From Patellaria atrata CBS 101060 (Eukaryota), in assembly GCA_010093705.1 (NCBI GenBank), contig MU006096.1:1200004-1264003 (forward strand): a stretch of DNA of 64,000 nucleotides, written 5' to 3'. Shown here one piece after another: positions 12,311-25,639 of this stretch (position 1 is its first letter; every line of letters starts with the position of its first letter). The notes beneath the pieces were generated by a model. That model was not told the origin of the DNA and made no database searches. It worked only from the letters and a program-made list of their open reading frames with translations. The translations under genes were made by a program, and so were the position numbers.

Positions 12311-13796
12311 CTAGAATTTACCAGTCAACCAATTATACAAAACTAGCAAGACGAACGCCCACGCCGCTACAACCGCACCCACAGCGCCCAACAGAAACTT
12401 CATCGCAGTCAGGGACACGACCTCGGGCCGCGCAACCCTCATCATAGTCTTCATCTCCCCCTCCAACCGCGCGGCCATCTTCTCCTTCGAGAACTCTGCC
12501 TTAACCCTCTCCCTCCCCTTCTCGCCCATCTGCTTCAACTTCTCCTCTCCCTTGAGAGCCATGCTCATAACTTCCGTCCACGCATCCACATCCCCGACAT
12601 CCCGCAACCATCCCGTAACACCATCCAGCACCGTCTCCGTCGGGCCGCCTTCGTTCGCCGCTAGGACGGGCCTCCCAGCCACCATGGCTTCGAGGGGCAC
12701 GATGCCAAAGTGCTCATTGCGGGGGGTGTAGACGAGCAAACTTGCGGAAGCGAGGAGGAGGGATTTGAAAGATGCGGGGATGGAGAGGAGGAAGAGGACG
12801 GAGATGTCGGAAGGGATGGAGAGGGCGGTTGGGATGGTTTTGCAGGTTGCGTGGGTGAGGTTGAGGGAGTCCGTGAGCGCCTCTAGGGAGGCGTGCACGA
12901 TTATGTTTTCGGAGATGCGCTGGTCGTACCCGCCTGCTATGACTAGGCGCGTGGTTGCCCGCTCCGAGAGGGTCAGAGCGGCGTAGGCTTTTAGGGCTAG
13001 CTCGACGCCCTTTTTGGCTTCGAAGCGGTTGATGCTGAGGATAATTTTCTTGTTGGGCCAGAGGGGCTTCTCGTTTTCTGAGGTTTCTTTGGCGTCGACG
13101 GTTGTGTCGACGCAGGGGTAAACGACGCGAGGGGAGCGGTCCCGTAGCCTAGGGAACGCGGATGCGAAGACAGATTTGGTGAAGTTGCTGTTTACAACGA
13201 TGGCATCGCTGCAACCGGTACTCCAACTCTCGAGCTTGTCAAATGGGCTGCGGTAGAGGCATTTGAGCCATCCTCCTTTTTGTGCGAGGAGTTTGTCGGG
13301 GAAGTGGCAGTAGAAGAGCACTCGGGGTTCGGGTTGTAGAAGCCTTAGGAGGGGTACACCGGCGCTCAATTGGTCGACAAAGAACGCATCAGGTTGTAGC
13401 TCCTTCAGTTCCGAAGATAATACACAGATTTGAAGCACAAGATGCACTTGTCTTATAATCGCGCAGAGGATAGCGAAGCGGCCGAGGATGGAGGGGGGTA
13501 CGATAGTGTTACCACGGACGCGGACATCGAGGGTTCCTTATTAGACGAAAAGTCCTCTCAGTTACCTTGATCGATTATGAGTTTGGAATATTTATGTGTA
13601 AAAGTGTAAAGGGAGCCAACTTACCATCTCTTGCTTCATCGAAGCAGTGCTTGGGATCACAGTGGGATGTGAATATTGTGACCTTATGACCTGAGTTCTG
13701 TAAGCCAACTGCAGCGTCAATAACAAGCCGTTCTGCACCGCCGATACCCAGATCGGGGTGTAGAAAGACAATATTCTTCTTTCCCTTGGGAGCCAT
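12311..13796 (-). CDS. ALG2: Alpha-1,3/1,6-mannosyltransferase Alg2 (GT4)
   Basis: HPDLGIGGAERLVIDAA, LFYCHFPD, LSINRFE and EHFGIVPLEAM motifs, one intron at about 13624-13538, and a C-terminal TM. Confidence 0.95.
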
Positions 13797-14115
13797 AGTT
13801 GTGCAATGGGATGTAAGTTGGTGACGGACTTTGTCGCGCTGATAACTTTATACTCCGTAGAACTAGGCAGCGGAAATGATCCGGGATGCCAAGACATTCA
13901 TGTATGAGATACTCACGTGCAGGCAATTCAACAAGAAACCTTATGTTAGAGATTATTGTGAAAAGACGAGAAGGTCATCTCCCGTACAAATGAAAAGACC
14001 TTTAATGCATGGACTTCGAATGACGTGTTTGCTTAGTTGATAATGATAGTCCCCGTCACTACAACCCGTTCTACACTTCTGACATGACCCCAAGTACTAC
14101 ACGTTATCAACTATC

Positions 14116-17100
14116 ATGGGTCAGGGCTATTCCCTCACTACGTTATCCGCTGGCTCAGCTGGGATCGATGTTCCTGAACTCGCGGATCTATCATATGAAA
14201 AGTCTCTGGGAAGTGCGCGGTTCATGAAGTGCATCCGCGCAAGACACAAGGATGGCGTCGTTGTCGCTAAGGTTGTTATGAAACCATATTCGAGTGTGAA
14301 ACTAAATGAATACGTCAAGATCTTACTTTGTAAGTTCTTTCATTTCACAAGTATCAGATACATTTCAATATCTGATATATCGTACAGACGAGAGAAAAAT
14401 ATTAGCAGACATCCCGAACGCTTTACCGTATCACCGCATATTAGAGACTAGTACGACTGGTTTTCTCGTGCGGCAATATATACATAGTTCCCTTTATGAT
14501 CGTATTAGGTTCGTCGGATCATTTGGCCTTCTCCTTTGTCCTTGAACTAAGCTAGTGATTATAGTACTCGACCTTTTTTAGAAGATATAGAAAAAAAGTG
14601 GCTTTCGTTTCAATTGTTGTGTGCTGTCCGGGACTGCCATGACCGGAACATTTTCCACGGTGATATCAAGACCGAAAATACCTTGGTCACTTCATGGAAC
14701 TGGCTGTATCTATCTGATTTCTCATCATGTTTCAAGCCAACATACTTACCTGAGGATAATCCTGCAGACTTCTCCTTCTACTTCGATACATCCCAGCGGA
14801 GAACATGCTACCTTGCCCCCGAACGCTTTACAGACGCTGAAAACCAATCAGACGCTCGAGGTAAAGTCAACTGGGCCATGGATATATTCAGCGTTGGTTG
14901 CGTTATTGCTGAGTTATTCCTCGAAACCCCGATATTTACTTTAAGCCAACTTTTCAAGTATCGTAAGGGAGAATACGATCCAGAACATTCTCAATTACAC
15001 AAGATCCATGACAAGGATATCCGTGAGTTGATACTGCACATGATACAGCTTGACCCGCAATCGCGTTATCAAGCGGAAGAGTACCTGAAATTCTGGAGAG
15101 GGAAGACCTTCCCGGATTACTTCTACAGCTTTCTCCACCAGTATATGTTCGCCATTACGGACCTAACATCAGGACAAAAGGAGATCACCGCAGGTGTAGA
15201 GAATCTCGGTGAGGCTGATGATCGAATTGACAAGATATACTTCGACTTCGACAAGATAGCCTATTTCTTAGGCTATGAGGGCAATAAAAACGAAATTGAG
15301 GGTGGAACTAAGGGCAGAAAAGCATGGGAAGACTTCTTCCCTCTCGATATTGATATCCCGAACAATAGACACACTGCAACATCTGAAGTCAGTCGGGCCG
15401 TTGACGACGGAACTCTCCTGTTTTTGTCAGTCATTGTGTCTTCAATAAGGAGTACAGCACGAGCAACAGCACGTCTGCGAGCATGCGAACTTTTACTAGC
15501 ATTTGCAGAAAGATGTACAGATGAAGCAAAACTTGACCGCATACTACCGTACGTAATGGCTCTCCTAAATGATAAATCAGAGATGGTTCAAGTAGCGGCA
15601 ATACGCTCGCTTACCCAAATTGTAAGTTTTTAAGTATATCTCAGATCATTCTTCATGCTCATCTTTACAGTTGGCACTTGTCTCTGTCGTCTCACCAATA
15701 AATGCATATGTATTTCCAGAGTACGTCCTACCACGCTTAGCACCATTTGTTCCTGGGCAGTCATCGAGACCGAGTGCACTCCTCCGAGCAACATATGCTT
15801 CATGTCTAGCTTCACTCGCAGATACTGCATCCAGGTTCCTCGATATGATGCAAGCTCTGAGGGCTGGCGGTTCCTTGCCTACAACCGACCCGGAAACGGA
15901 AGAGGGACCCAATTCTATCTCCATGTACCACACCCTTTTCGATACCACGCGTGAGGATATCATTCGTCAGTTCGAGACTCAAACGAAAGCATTTCTTACA
16001 GATACCGATTCAGCTGTAAAGCGAGCTTTCTTGGGGTCCGTTGCCAGGCTTTGCGTATTTTTTGGGAGTGTAAAAGCTAGTGACGTGATCATTAGCCATT
16101 TAAACACTTATCTCAATGATAGAGACTGGATGCTGAAATGTGCATTTTTCGAGACGATTGTGGGTGTAGCTACCTTCATTGGTGGGCCTAGTCTGGAAGA
16201 GTTCATTCTACCGCTCATGGTTCAGGCACTTACTGATCCAGAAGAATTTGTAGTCGAACGAGTCCTACGCTCTTTCGCTTCTATCGCTCATCTTGGTTTG
16301 TTTCAGCGGTCTAAAATTTGGGAACTAGTGGATATTGTTGGACGCTTCACTATGCATCCCAATATTTGGATCAGAGAAGCCGCGGCCCAGTTTATTTCTT
16401 CAAGTACGAAGTACCTCTCACTAGCTGATATACACAGTATCATCATTCCCTTGATAAATCCTTACCTTAAGGTTCTACCTTCTGAGATGTCGGAGCTTAA
16501 GATTCTTGATTCCCTTAAGAAATCTATACCGAGGACAGTATTGGATCTGGCTGCAACATGGGCAATGAAAGCTGAAAGAGGCTTATTTTGGAAACCAGCT
16601 CAGAACAAAAGAGCCTTCTCCTTTGGATCTACAGATGACTCTGTCAGGATAATATCTGCGAAGGATCTTGGACCGAAAGCCATGAGTAAAATACCGAAGA
16701 ATGAGGAGGATGAACAATGGCTATCTCGCTTACGTCATGTAGGGATGACCGCTGAAGATGAGTTGAAATTAGTCGCTCTGAGAGAATATATCTGGCGTGC
16801 TGCTCATCGAGGATGGAAGAACGAGACTGAATCGGCGCCATCGAAGTTCAACGTTATACTGCCGCTTACGGAACTTGGAGTCATGCCACAAACTGTCATG
16901 TTTGAAACTAAAGGTCTTGATATAGAAGGGTCTCCCAAGTTCGAATCTGAGAAACCAAAGGAAGACGAGACAAGGCCCCAAGGTATCCGCACAATTTCGG
17001 ATGCACTACTCGATGCTTCTACGACGTTAGATGACCCCATATCCCGTCGGAAACGGTCCCACGTCAACTCTCATCTTGACCGCATAGCAGCAAGGGACGG

Positions 17101-19012
17101 GCCCAGCGATAGTAGGCGCACATCGGTCTCCAACCCACCATCTCCATCACCTGGGGCGAAAGACGGCCCCGTGTCGCCAACGTCAGACCCGGATGCCCAG
17201 CATAAAGGCCTCCACGCGCTAAAGACAAGATCAAAGTCGGTTCAAAACAGCGAGGTCACATCCCCAGTAGATCCTGCTGGAGACAGCAGACTTACTTTAC
17301 CCACTCAGGCTATTCAACGTAAAGGAAGCGCACTTAACCTATTGAATCGTGGAGAGAATAAGACGGGAGCAGCAACTAGTACGACATCCACAAACGCCTT
17401 CGGTCAACTTGACCACATACCTATAGAACACTTAATGAGCAGAAGGCAATCCTCACCATTGGCTTTAGCGCAAGAGCAGCGCCGTAGCAACCCTACAAAC
17501 ATCAAGTACAGAGCAGCGCACTCATACAAGGGCAATGACCCGAGCATCCTTCAACTACTTGATTCACTGTATCTTGAAAATTACCCCGGCGATTATATAG
17601 ATTTTGGCCCTCTAGTGCACAATGTTAACCGACGACAACCGATTAAAAGACCTAGCGGACAGACACTGTCAACAGGGTGGAAACCAGAGGGGGTGTTGGT
17701 AGCTATGCTTGGTGAACACAGCAGTGGCATCACACGCGTGGTCATCTCACCAGACCATACCTTCTTCATTACCGGTTCGGACGATGGTTTTGTCAAAGTT
17801 TGGGATGCTAGCAGACTTGAACGAAACATATCACACCGTTCTCGCCAAACCTTCAGACACGCACCAGGAACCTCCATATCTAGTCTCAACTTTGTCGAAA
17901 ATACTCATTGTTTTATCAGTACAGCTACCGACGGTAGCATCAACGTCGTGAAGGTTGATTGCACCGATGAGCAAGGCGGACCCCGCTATGGTAAGCTCCG
18001 CGTTCTCCGCGAATACCATCTCTCTGAGGGTGAATACGCAACATGGACCGAACACTTCAAGCATGAGAATCAGTCCGTTCTTTTGGTTGCCACCAACACC
18101 TCTCGCATTCTTGCCCTCGAGATCCGCACCATGTCAGAACTATACACCCTCCACAACCCCGTGCACCATGGCGTGCCGACCGCCTTCGCTGTCGACCGCA
18201 AACACCACTGGCTTCTACTCGGCACCTCTCACGGCGTCCTCGATCTCTGGGATCTTCGCTTTAAGCTGCGACTCAAGGGTTGGGTGTTCCCTGGCGCGAG
18301 TCCGATCCACCGTGTCACGTTGCAAGGCGCCGCGCGCGGTTCTAAACGAGCTAGAGTCTGCATCGCTGGCGGAACAGCGCAAGGCGAGGTCACCGTATGG
18401 GACATGGAAAAGGTACTCTGTCGCGAGGTCTACCGCACCGGCAATAGCAAAGAAAGTCCTTCATCTGCTTACAGTCTATTGGACGTCGATGAAGAGCGCG
18501 CAGGCGGTATGCTCGGCCGTTTTGCCATGACGCTCGAAAGTAGCAGTGGTATTGGCGCAGGCGTGGATAGGGGTGTTCGCGCTGTGGCTGTGGGCACCCA
18601 CATTCCAGACGACGGCGGCGAGCCAAGACACCAATTCGTCCTCTCAGCCGGTCCAGATTGGAAAGTCAGGTTCTGGGATGCGAGTAAGCCGGAGAACTGC
18701 ACGGTGGTAAGCGGGCTGGAGTTCGAGGAGCCGAAACCGACGTACACGGTCAGTCATCCGGGACCGGAAACGGTGCTGGTAAGTGAGAAGCCGGGCCAGA
18801 TGGAGGGAAGTAAGCCCGTTGGCGGAAGGACGAGCAATACGGGAGTAAAGAGGGCGGGGAACAAACCGAGTCGGAGCAGCGTTATCAGTTTGCAGCAGCA
18901 GCAATTGCTGAAGAGTCACTTGGATGTCGTTACGGACGTGGCATTATTGGAGTGGCCGTATGGAATGGTCATTTCGGTGGATAGGTCGGGGGTTATTTAT
19001 GCGTTCTCGTGA
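14116..19012 (+). CDS. VPS15: PI3-kinase regulatory subunit Vps15 (kinase, HEAT and WD40 domains)
   Basis: Myristoylation-type start MGQGYS, HGDIKTEN, PEDNPADFSFYFDTS.RRTCYLAPERF, a HEAT region and C-terminal WD40 repeats. Three short introns near 14330, 14509 and 15622. Confidence 0.96.
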
Positions 19013-19507
19013 GTGTGGGAGGAGTACAGTTCATAGAATTTGTATAATGGATTTTCTTGATAGTCTAATGATACGAGAGATGTGTCTTCATCAAACCTAT
19101 GACTAGGCGGAGCAAGTAGTCTTATACACGGCCTATTCATCAATGCAATATTAGACATCCTCATCCCGTTTCTGATTGTTCATGAATTATCAACGAAATG
19201 GGAGGAGGTTAAGATCTCAAGAGAATCTTATCTTATCTCGAATTATAGGGGGATTACGGAACGGAGTTACGGGGGTTTAGAAGCCCACCCAAATCACTTC
19301 TCTTCCTTCCACTTACATTCAATGCGCTAGTGAAAATATCTCACCTCACAGAAAATCAGTATGATATGAGCAGAGATAGATCACGGAGCTTCTGCGCTCA
19401 CCACTCCCTTCGCAGGATTTCGTGATCCGTAATTGTGTAACTAACTCTCATCCACTCAGGATCTCCAACTTGATAGTAGAGGACCAGTGACCTATCAACA
19501 CACCAAG

Positions 19508-21303
19508 ATGCCTCGATTCTCCTACCGCAGTCTAGCATACACATTATCAACAGTCACAATCGCAGTACTAGCCGCATACTTTCACCATCCCACTAACCCA
19601 GTCTACTGCTACGACTCTATAAAGACGCTCAACAAGACCGTCCCAAGCGCCCAATGTTTCGAAGTCTCGCCCTCGGGCACGTTCACTCGTGTCTGGAGCT
19701 CCAATCTATGGCGTACTGCACGAAGTGGTCATGTTATCCCGGGTCTCTGGGACGGACACGGGCATATCATGCAGTATGGCGAGTTGCTGCACTCGGTCGA
19801 CATCTTCGGCTCCCAGTCGATGGAAGAGGTGTTGGAGCGGGTGCGGACCTATGCGAACGAGAATCCTCATGCGGGGACTGAGGAGGAGTGGCTTAGAGGC
19901 GTGGGATGGGATCAGGCTGCTTTTGGGGGACAGATGCCTATAGCTGTATGTTTCTATGTCAATTATATCTTAGGTGTAAGAGTTCAGCTTGATAACATAG
20001 TATAGGATGATCTCGCTTCTATCTCTGAGCTGCGAGGTAAATACATCATGCTCGACCGCGTTGATGTACACTGTATATGGGTCTCGCAAGCGGTCCTCAA
20101 TCTTCTTCCCCACCCCGTGAAGGATGTGCCTGGAGGAGAGATCATCGGCGAAGGCGTCTTCTGCGACAATGCCATGGATCTGGTCTTGAAGTTCTGGCCC
20201 AAGCCCGGTTACGATAGCAGGGTGAAGATGCTCAGGAGCGCGATGAGAGCGCTGAACAAAGTCGGGCTGGTGGGAGTCCACGATGCTGGGATCACCGACC
20301 CTACGTTTCGCCTCTATGAGGATAGAGTGAGCACCGTCGGCTGGACGCTAAGGGTCTATGCGATGCTGGAGTGCGAGAAACGGAATACATTCTGCCACCC
20401 GGAGCTGAAGAGAGTTGACGACAACGATATGTTCCGTGTTCGGAGCGTAAAGCTATTCGCTGGTGAATATCCTCATGTTGATCCCTTAAATCCGAGCTAT
20501 CTACTAACGAGATGCCAGACGGTGCTTTAGGTAGCTGGGGCAGCGCGCTCATAGACCCCTATTCCGACCGCCCGGATACCACAGGCTCCCTTCTCGTCAA
20601 CGACTCAACCATGGAATCAGTCGCCGTGGCGTGGGCAGAGGCGGGATACCAAGTCAACATCCACGCCATCGGCGACCTCGCCAACCGCGTCGCAATCAAT
20701 GCCGTGGTGGCCGCGCTCAGAAAGCTCTGCCCGACCGAATCTCTCTGGCACTGCCAGCACTTCCGACGCTTCCGCATCGAGCACGCGCAGATACTCCACC
20801 CCGAGGAACAAGCACGGATGCACGCCATCGGAATCATACCGTCCATTCAGCCCACACACGCCACATCGGATATGTACTATGCGGCCGATCGTCTAGGCGA
20901 AGAACGGACTGCCGAAGAAGCGTATAGGATGCGCTCACTCCTTCCCCTCTCCCCAGTCCTCGGCAGTGACTTCCCGGTTGAACCTCCGAGTCCCTTTGCG
21001 GGTATCTATGCGGCTGTTACGCGCCGTGATCCCAAGACCGGGAAAGGGAGAGACGGAGGCCATAAGGGGTGGCATCTTAGCGAGACTTTGACTTTAGAAC
21101 AGGCGCTCCGTGGCTTTACAACTGCACCGGCGAGAGCGGCGTTTTGGGAAGGGAAAGCAGGAGTGATCAGGGAAGGTGCGTTTGCTGATTGGGTGGTGTT
21201 GGATAAGAAGATCGATGATATGGATATCGAGGAATTCCGTGATTTGAGAGTGAAGGAGACGTGGGTTGCGGGGAAGAGAGTATATGCACGAGATGAGGAT
21301 TGA
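19508..21303 (+). CDS. Metal-dependent amidohydrolase family 3 (YtcJ-like) with N-terminal anchor or signal
   Basis: PGLWDGHGH, VKLFA|DGALGSWG, NIHAIGD, RIEHAQ, QPTHATSD and LGSDFPVE motifs. Introns at about 19946-20005 and 20463-20518. Confidence 0.9.
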
Positions 21304-21538
21304 ACAGGTCCACAAAGACAAGGGGGTATAAAAGTTACACTGAATTGAGGGCGACCCGACAAAAGTCAGGACAATCGCAAGCTTAACTTTCGACGCTAGG
21401 TCGACAGTACGTTCGTCGATAGAAGCGTCTACAAGACAGGATTAGTAATAGCTATTACCCCTTAAGATAATCAGGAACGTTGTAGATAAGCCGATATTAT
21501 ACGACTCATAAATAGATCGAAGGTATTATCCCACCCGT

Positions 21539-23935
21539 CTACCCAAGATTAAACTCTCCCGCAGCACCCATATGTTCCTTCATCTTCGCTCTCATCCTCC
21601 TAATCGCATCTCCAACATCCGTCGTAGCAGGAACATCCAAATCCGCAGCACCACCACTCACACCTCCTTCCCTCTTCCTCTTCCCGCTCTCCCTCGCAGC
21701 AGCACTCTTCCGCTCAGCCTTCGTTTTCCCCACATCCTCATTCCCAGGCCTCATCCCAGGCACCCTGATACTCCCCGGTTTATCCCTCAACCCGAACGTC
21801 TTAGCCCAGTGACCCAAATGCAGGGTTTTGATATTGAACATATGCCGCTCGGCGGCAACATGAGTCGCATAGGCCCTGATATGACTCTGATAGGCCCTCC
21901 GCGCCATCTCTAGATACTTCGGACTCTCGAGGGTCCAGCGCTCGACGTCGAGCTGAAATGCCGTCGCGCGGTCCTGCCATCCCTTGATCGTGGCGCCCTG
22001 TCCTGCTCCGGTCCCGAAGCCCTTCTTCAGGATTTCATCTGCGTCGTGCCGGATAAGCCCCTTTCCGCCATCGTGCCGTCCTTCCTTCAAGATGCTGACG
22101 TACCCCTCTTCATCCCCAGGTTGGAGGAAGATTAAGGCCCGGCCATCGCGCCCGGCTCGTGCTGTGCGACCGATGCGGTGCAAGTGGTCTTCCTTGCTGA
22201 ATGGGGGGTCGTATTCGATGACGAAGTCGACGTTGGGTAAATCGAGACCGCGGGAGGCGACATCGGTGCAGACTAGTAGGGCAGGAGTCTTGAAATTCGT
22301 GAAAGCCGCAAGGGTTGAGGTGCGAGTTGCTTGAGGGAGGGAACCATGGAGTCTGAACACAGTGACTGGGTTTTGCGGGGTGGAGATTAAGGTTGCTAGG
22401 GATTGGGTGGTGTTGGTGGTTGTGTCCTTTGTAGAGGCAGGTTTTGCTTGTACTTTTTGTATCGATTTCTGCTCGGTAGATGGTTCCTCTTTTCCGGTTA
22501 GTTTCAATTTTTGTTCGACTGATTCCTCCTTTTGAACTACGGGATCTTTTTCATGTGCTTTCAAACCACGGCTAAGAACCTCGTAGTGAAAATCGACGGA
22601 ATCTGCACACGATAAGAATAGTATAGACTTCATAACTGAACCTTTTCGTGCAAACGTTCGTTTCAGGAGGCCAACCAAGGTAACTAATCGCTGCTTTGCA
22701 GGTACAATAGCATATGATTGTTTCAACTGGGCCGGGGCTGAGAAAACCTTTTCCTTCTCCTCACCATCCTCTTCTCCCTCAGTCCGATCTTTAGGATCAA
22801 CATGAAAATGGACTGCATCTTTAAGACTGATTTCCCCTAATCGCTGCACATCCATCTTCATAGTTGCGGAGCACAGCACCGTAGTTCTTCTACTAGGTAG
22901 TCCGGGGATCTTGCTGCTATTCTTTTGCACTTTCATTCGAAGATTAAGGTTGCTTACAATCTTTTGAATTTCCTGTTCAAATCCAAGTTCCATGAGACGA
23001 TCGCCCTCGTCGAGAATTAGCCAACGTACATTACTAACATCCAATGCTTCAGTATTGCTGAGATGGTCTGCTAGACGTCCAGGGGTCGCTACAAGTATAT
23101 TCAACCCCTTTCTTAGCCGCGCCTTTTCCGACTTCTTCTTCTCTCCACCCAAAACAGTCCCGGCAACGATCCAGTGGGCGCATCTGAGAAGATTTTCAAG
23201 AACTACAGATATCTGCTTGCTGAGTTCGCGCGTCGGGGCCAGTATGATTGCAAATAGGCCCGAGTGACGATCCACAGCATAGGGCTCATCTTTGTCACTT
23301 GCACTCTTGATCCTCGCTGATAAGTCCATGAGCCTCTGAACGAGTGGTAAGAGATACGCCAATGTTTTCCCAGAACCAGTCTCCGCCTGCATGAAAGCGT
23401 CGGAATCCGATTTGAGCAAGTGGGTTACGGCAGCCTTCTGAATACCGGTGGGAGCTTTCAAGTCCATTTTCTTCATGAGGTGGCTAGCGAGGACTGGAGA
23501 CAATCCTAAAGACGTAAATGTTTCCAGCTCACCAGACAAAGGCGCATTCGTCGGCTGCACAGGATCACCATCTTCAGGTTCCACTTCTCGCTGTACGGTA
23601 GACTGCGGGTTGTAGGTAAACAGAGACGATATGATCTGTTTTGGGGGACCCTTAGGAGGTACTCTGGATCTGGTTGTAGAATCCCCATTGTATTCCAACC
23701 TCGCTCGTTTGGCGCCTCTCGCAGCTCCTTCTCTTTCTATATTAATATGGTTCGGATTGTTTTCGTCTTGCTTAGATCGCCGAGGAAGAGGTACTCCTAA
23801 GACCTTCGACTGCCTGTGTAGCGCTGCTCTTTTAGCTGACAGTCTATCTTTCCAATGTCCTCCCTTGAAAGAGGGTAAAGGAGCCGCCAGACCTTCTCCA
23901 ACAGAAAAGTTAAGTAGCATGCCATCATCGGCCAT
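21539..23935 (-). CDS. DBP7: DEAD-box RNA helicase Dbp7
   Basis: Intronless 798-aa ORF with MADDGMLLNF, AETGSGKT, PTREL, GGEKKKSEKARLRKG, DEGD, SAT and HRIGRTAR. Confidence 0.95.
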   Translation of the reverse strand: MADDGMLLNFSVGEGLAAPLPSFKGGHWKDRLSAKRAALHRQSKVLGVPLPRRSKQDENNPNHINIEREGAARGAKRARLEYNGDSTTRSRVPPKGPPKQIISSLFTYNPQSTVQREVEPEDGDPVQPTNAPLSGELETFTSLGLSPVLASHLMKKMDLKAPTGIQKAAVTHLLKSDSDAFMQAETGSGKTLAYLLPLVQRLMDLSARIKSASDKDEPYAVDRHSGLFAIILAPTRELSKQISVVLENLLRCAHWIVAGTVLGGEKKKSEKARLRKGLNILVATPGRLADHLSNTEALDVSNVRWLILDEGDRLMELGFEQEIQKIVSNLNLRMKVQKNSSKIPGLPSRRTTVLCSATMKMDVQRLGEISLKDAVHFHVDPKDRTEGEEDGEEKEKVFSAPAQLKQSYAIVPAKQRLVTLVGLLKRTFARKGSVMKSILFLSCADSVDFHYEVLSRGLKAHEKDPVVQKEESVEQKLKLTGKEEPSTEQKSIQKVQAKPASTKDTTTNTTQSLATLISTPQNPVTVFRLHGSLPQATRTSTLAAFTNFKTPALLVCTDVASRGLDLPNVDFVIEYDPPFSKEDHLHRIGRTARAGRDGRALIFLQPGDEEGYVSILKEGRHDGGKGLIRHDADEILKKGFGTGAGQGATIKGWQDRATAFQLDVERWTLESPKYLEMARRAYQSHIRAYATHVAAERHMFNIKTLHLGHWAKTFGLRDKPGSIRVPGMRPGNEDVGKTKAERKSAAARESGKRKREGGVSGGAADLDVPATTDVGDAIRRMRAKMKEHMGAAGEFNLG

Positions 23936-24247
23936 TTTGGCGTGAAAAGCAATCTTACAGTGTTGTGTACAAAATGCTTCAGGATGTAAGCCAAGATTTC
24001 AAGGTCCCAGATTTTTTGGAGGCACAAAGGCGGAGTTCTGCGGCAGAATTATTTCGTCGGGTCTTCATTCTACGCAGCAGATATCATCCCAACTTCCTCA
24101 CTACAACTTTACCAGCCCACCGCGCCTCAACATGGAGACTATACCGCTCAGAAGTCGCATGGAAGCATCTTTTACATCTTTCATTACATAACCCCACTCT
24201 ATAATCTTTCGATTCAACCCCATCTTCAAATAACTGCAGTCGAGGGC

Positions 24248-25391
24248 ATGGCTCGCAAGCTCCGACTATTCTCGGGTAAACAATTTCTCACTACATATCT
24301 CATCGTCACGTATTAACCCCAATCGCACAGTCGCATCGAGACGTCTATTCTCCACATCGTCCACCGCACACAGTATGGCCTCCCCATTCAAGATCTTCCG
24401 CGACGTTGCTCCCCTCCGCAGCTACCGACACGCACAACTCCTCGCCAACCGCACCGTCGGGCTCGTCCCAACGATGGGCGCTCTGCACGACGGCCACCTC
24501 TCCCTCGCCCGCCAAGCGGCATACGAGAACGACGAAGTCGTTGTCAGCATCTACGTGAACCCGACCCAGTTCGGCGTCAATGAGGACCTGGATGCCTACC
24601 CCCGAACCTGGGACACGGACATCGGGATGCTGAAAGCGCTGAACGCGGAGCTCCGCAAAGACGGCGCGAGGGGCCAGATCAAAGCGATATTCGCGCCGAC
24701 GACAAAGGTCATGTATCCGACCCTGCCGCCGAGCTCCGAGATAGCGGGTGACGGCTCCTTCGTGGTGATCACGCCGATCGGGAATATCCTCGAGGGCGCG
24801 TCGAGACCGGTCTTCTTCCGCGGCGTGGCGACCGTTTGCATGAAACTGTTTAACGTCATTCGGCCCGATACGGCGTATTTCGGCCAGAAGGATGTCCAGC
24901 AGACGGTCGTGATCAAGCGGATGGTGAAGGATTTTCACCTGGGCGTCGACATTCGTATTGGGCCAACGAGGAGGGAGCAGGATGGTTTGGCTATGAGCTC
25001 TAGGAATGTCTACTTGGGGACGAGGAGACGAGCCGTCGCTCCTATTCTATCCCAGGCCTTGCGGAAAGCGGAAGAGCAGTACGCTCAGGGTAAGAAGTTG
25101 AGAGCGGATGTTTTGTGGCATGCGAACGAATCCATGGATCGCAAAGCCGGGGAGCAGGACGAGCTCCCTCCGGCGCAAAGAGCTAGGTTCTTCGTCGATT
25201 ATATCTCTTTGGCTGATCCGGAGACGATGGAAGAGGTGGATGAGGTAGATGAAGCCAAAGGCGCGATCCTGAGCGGAGCGATCAAAATGCAACCGGTGGA
25301 GGAACCGCAAGAGGGGGAGGATTGCGGCCTTGGTGGTGGACAGGGGACGGTTAGACTTATTGATAATATCATATTAAGTCCTACGCGGTAG
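24248..25391 (+). CDS. PAN6: Pantoate-beta-alanine ligase (pantothenate synthetase) with an upstream presequence exon
   Basis: VPTMGALHDGH, SIYVNPTQF, FGQKD, GLAMSSRN and RLIDN motifs. Upstream exon 24248-24275 and intron 24276-24330 join in frame to ATG 24375. Confidence 0.93.
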
Positions 25392-25639
25392 TCGTCTATT
25401 TAGAAATTTGTTTCAATATATGCACGGTAAATATCTGACATTTCGCTTCTATCTTCGTTCACGTTGCTGTCCTATGTTTTACCTACCAATCCTCAACTAC
25501 CATTTCAAACTAGGAAATAACCGAATCTCCGTTAAGATATCATGTACGGTCAATGAAACGGTGTGAACGTGTCAGATGGTGAGGAGTGGACTGTGAGGGA
25601 AGTGAAAGGCACAGCGGCAGCACAACCGGGGTACGGGAT

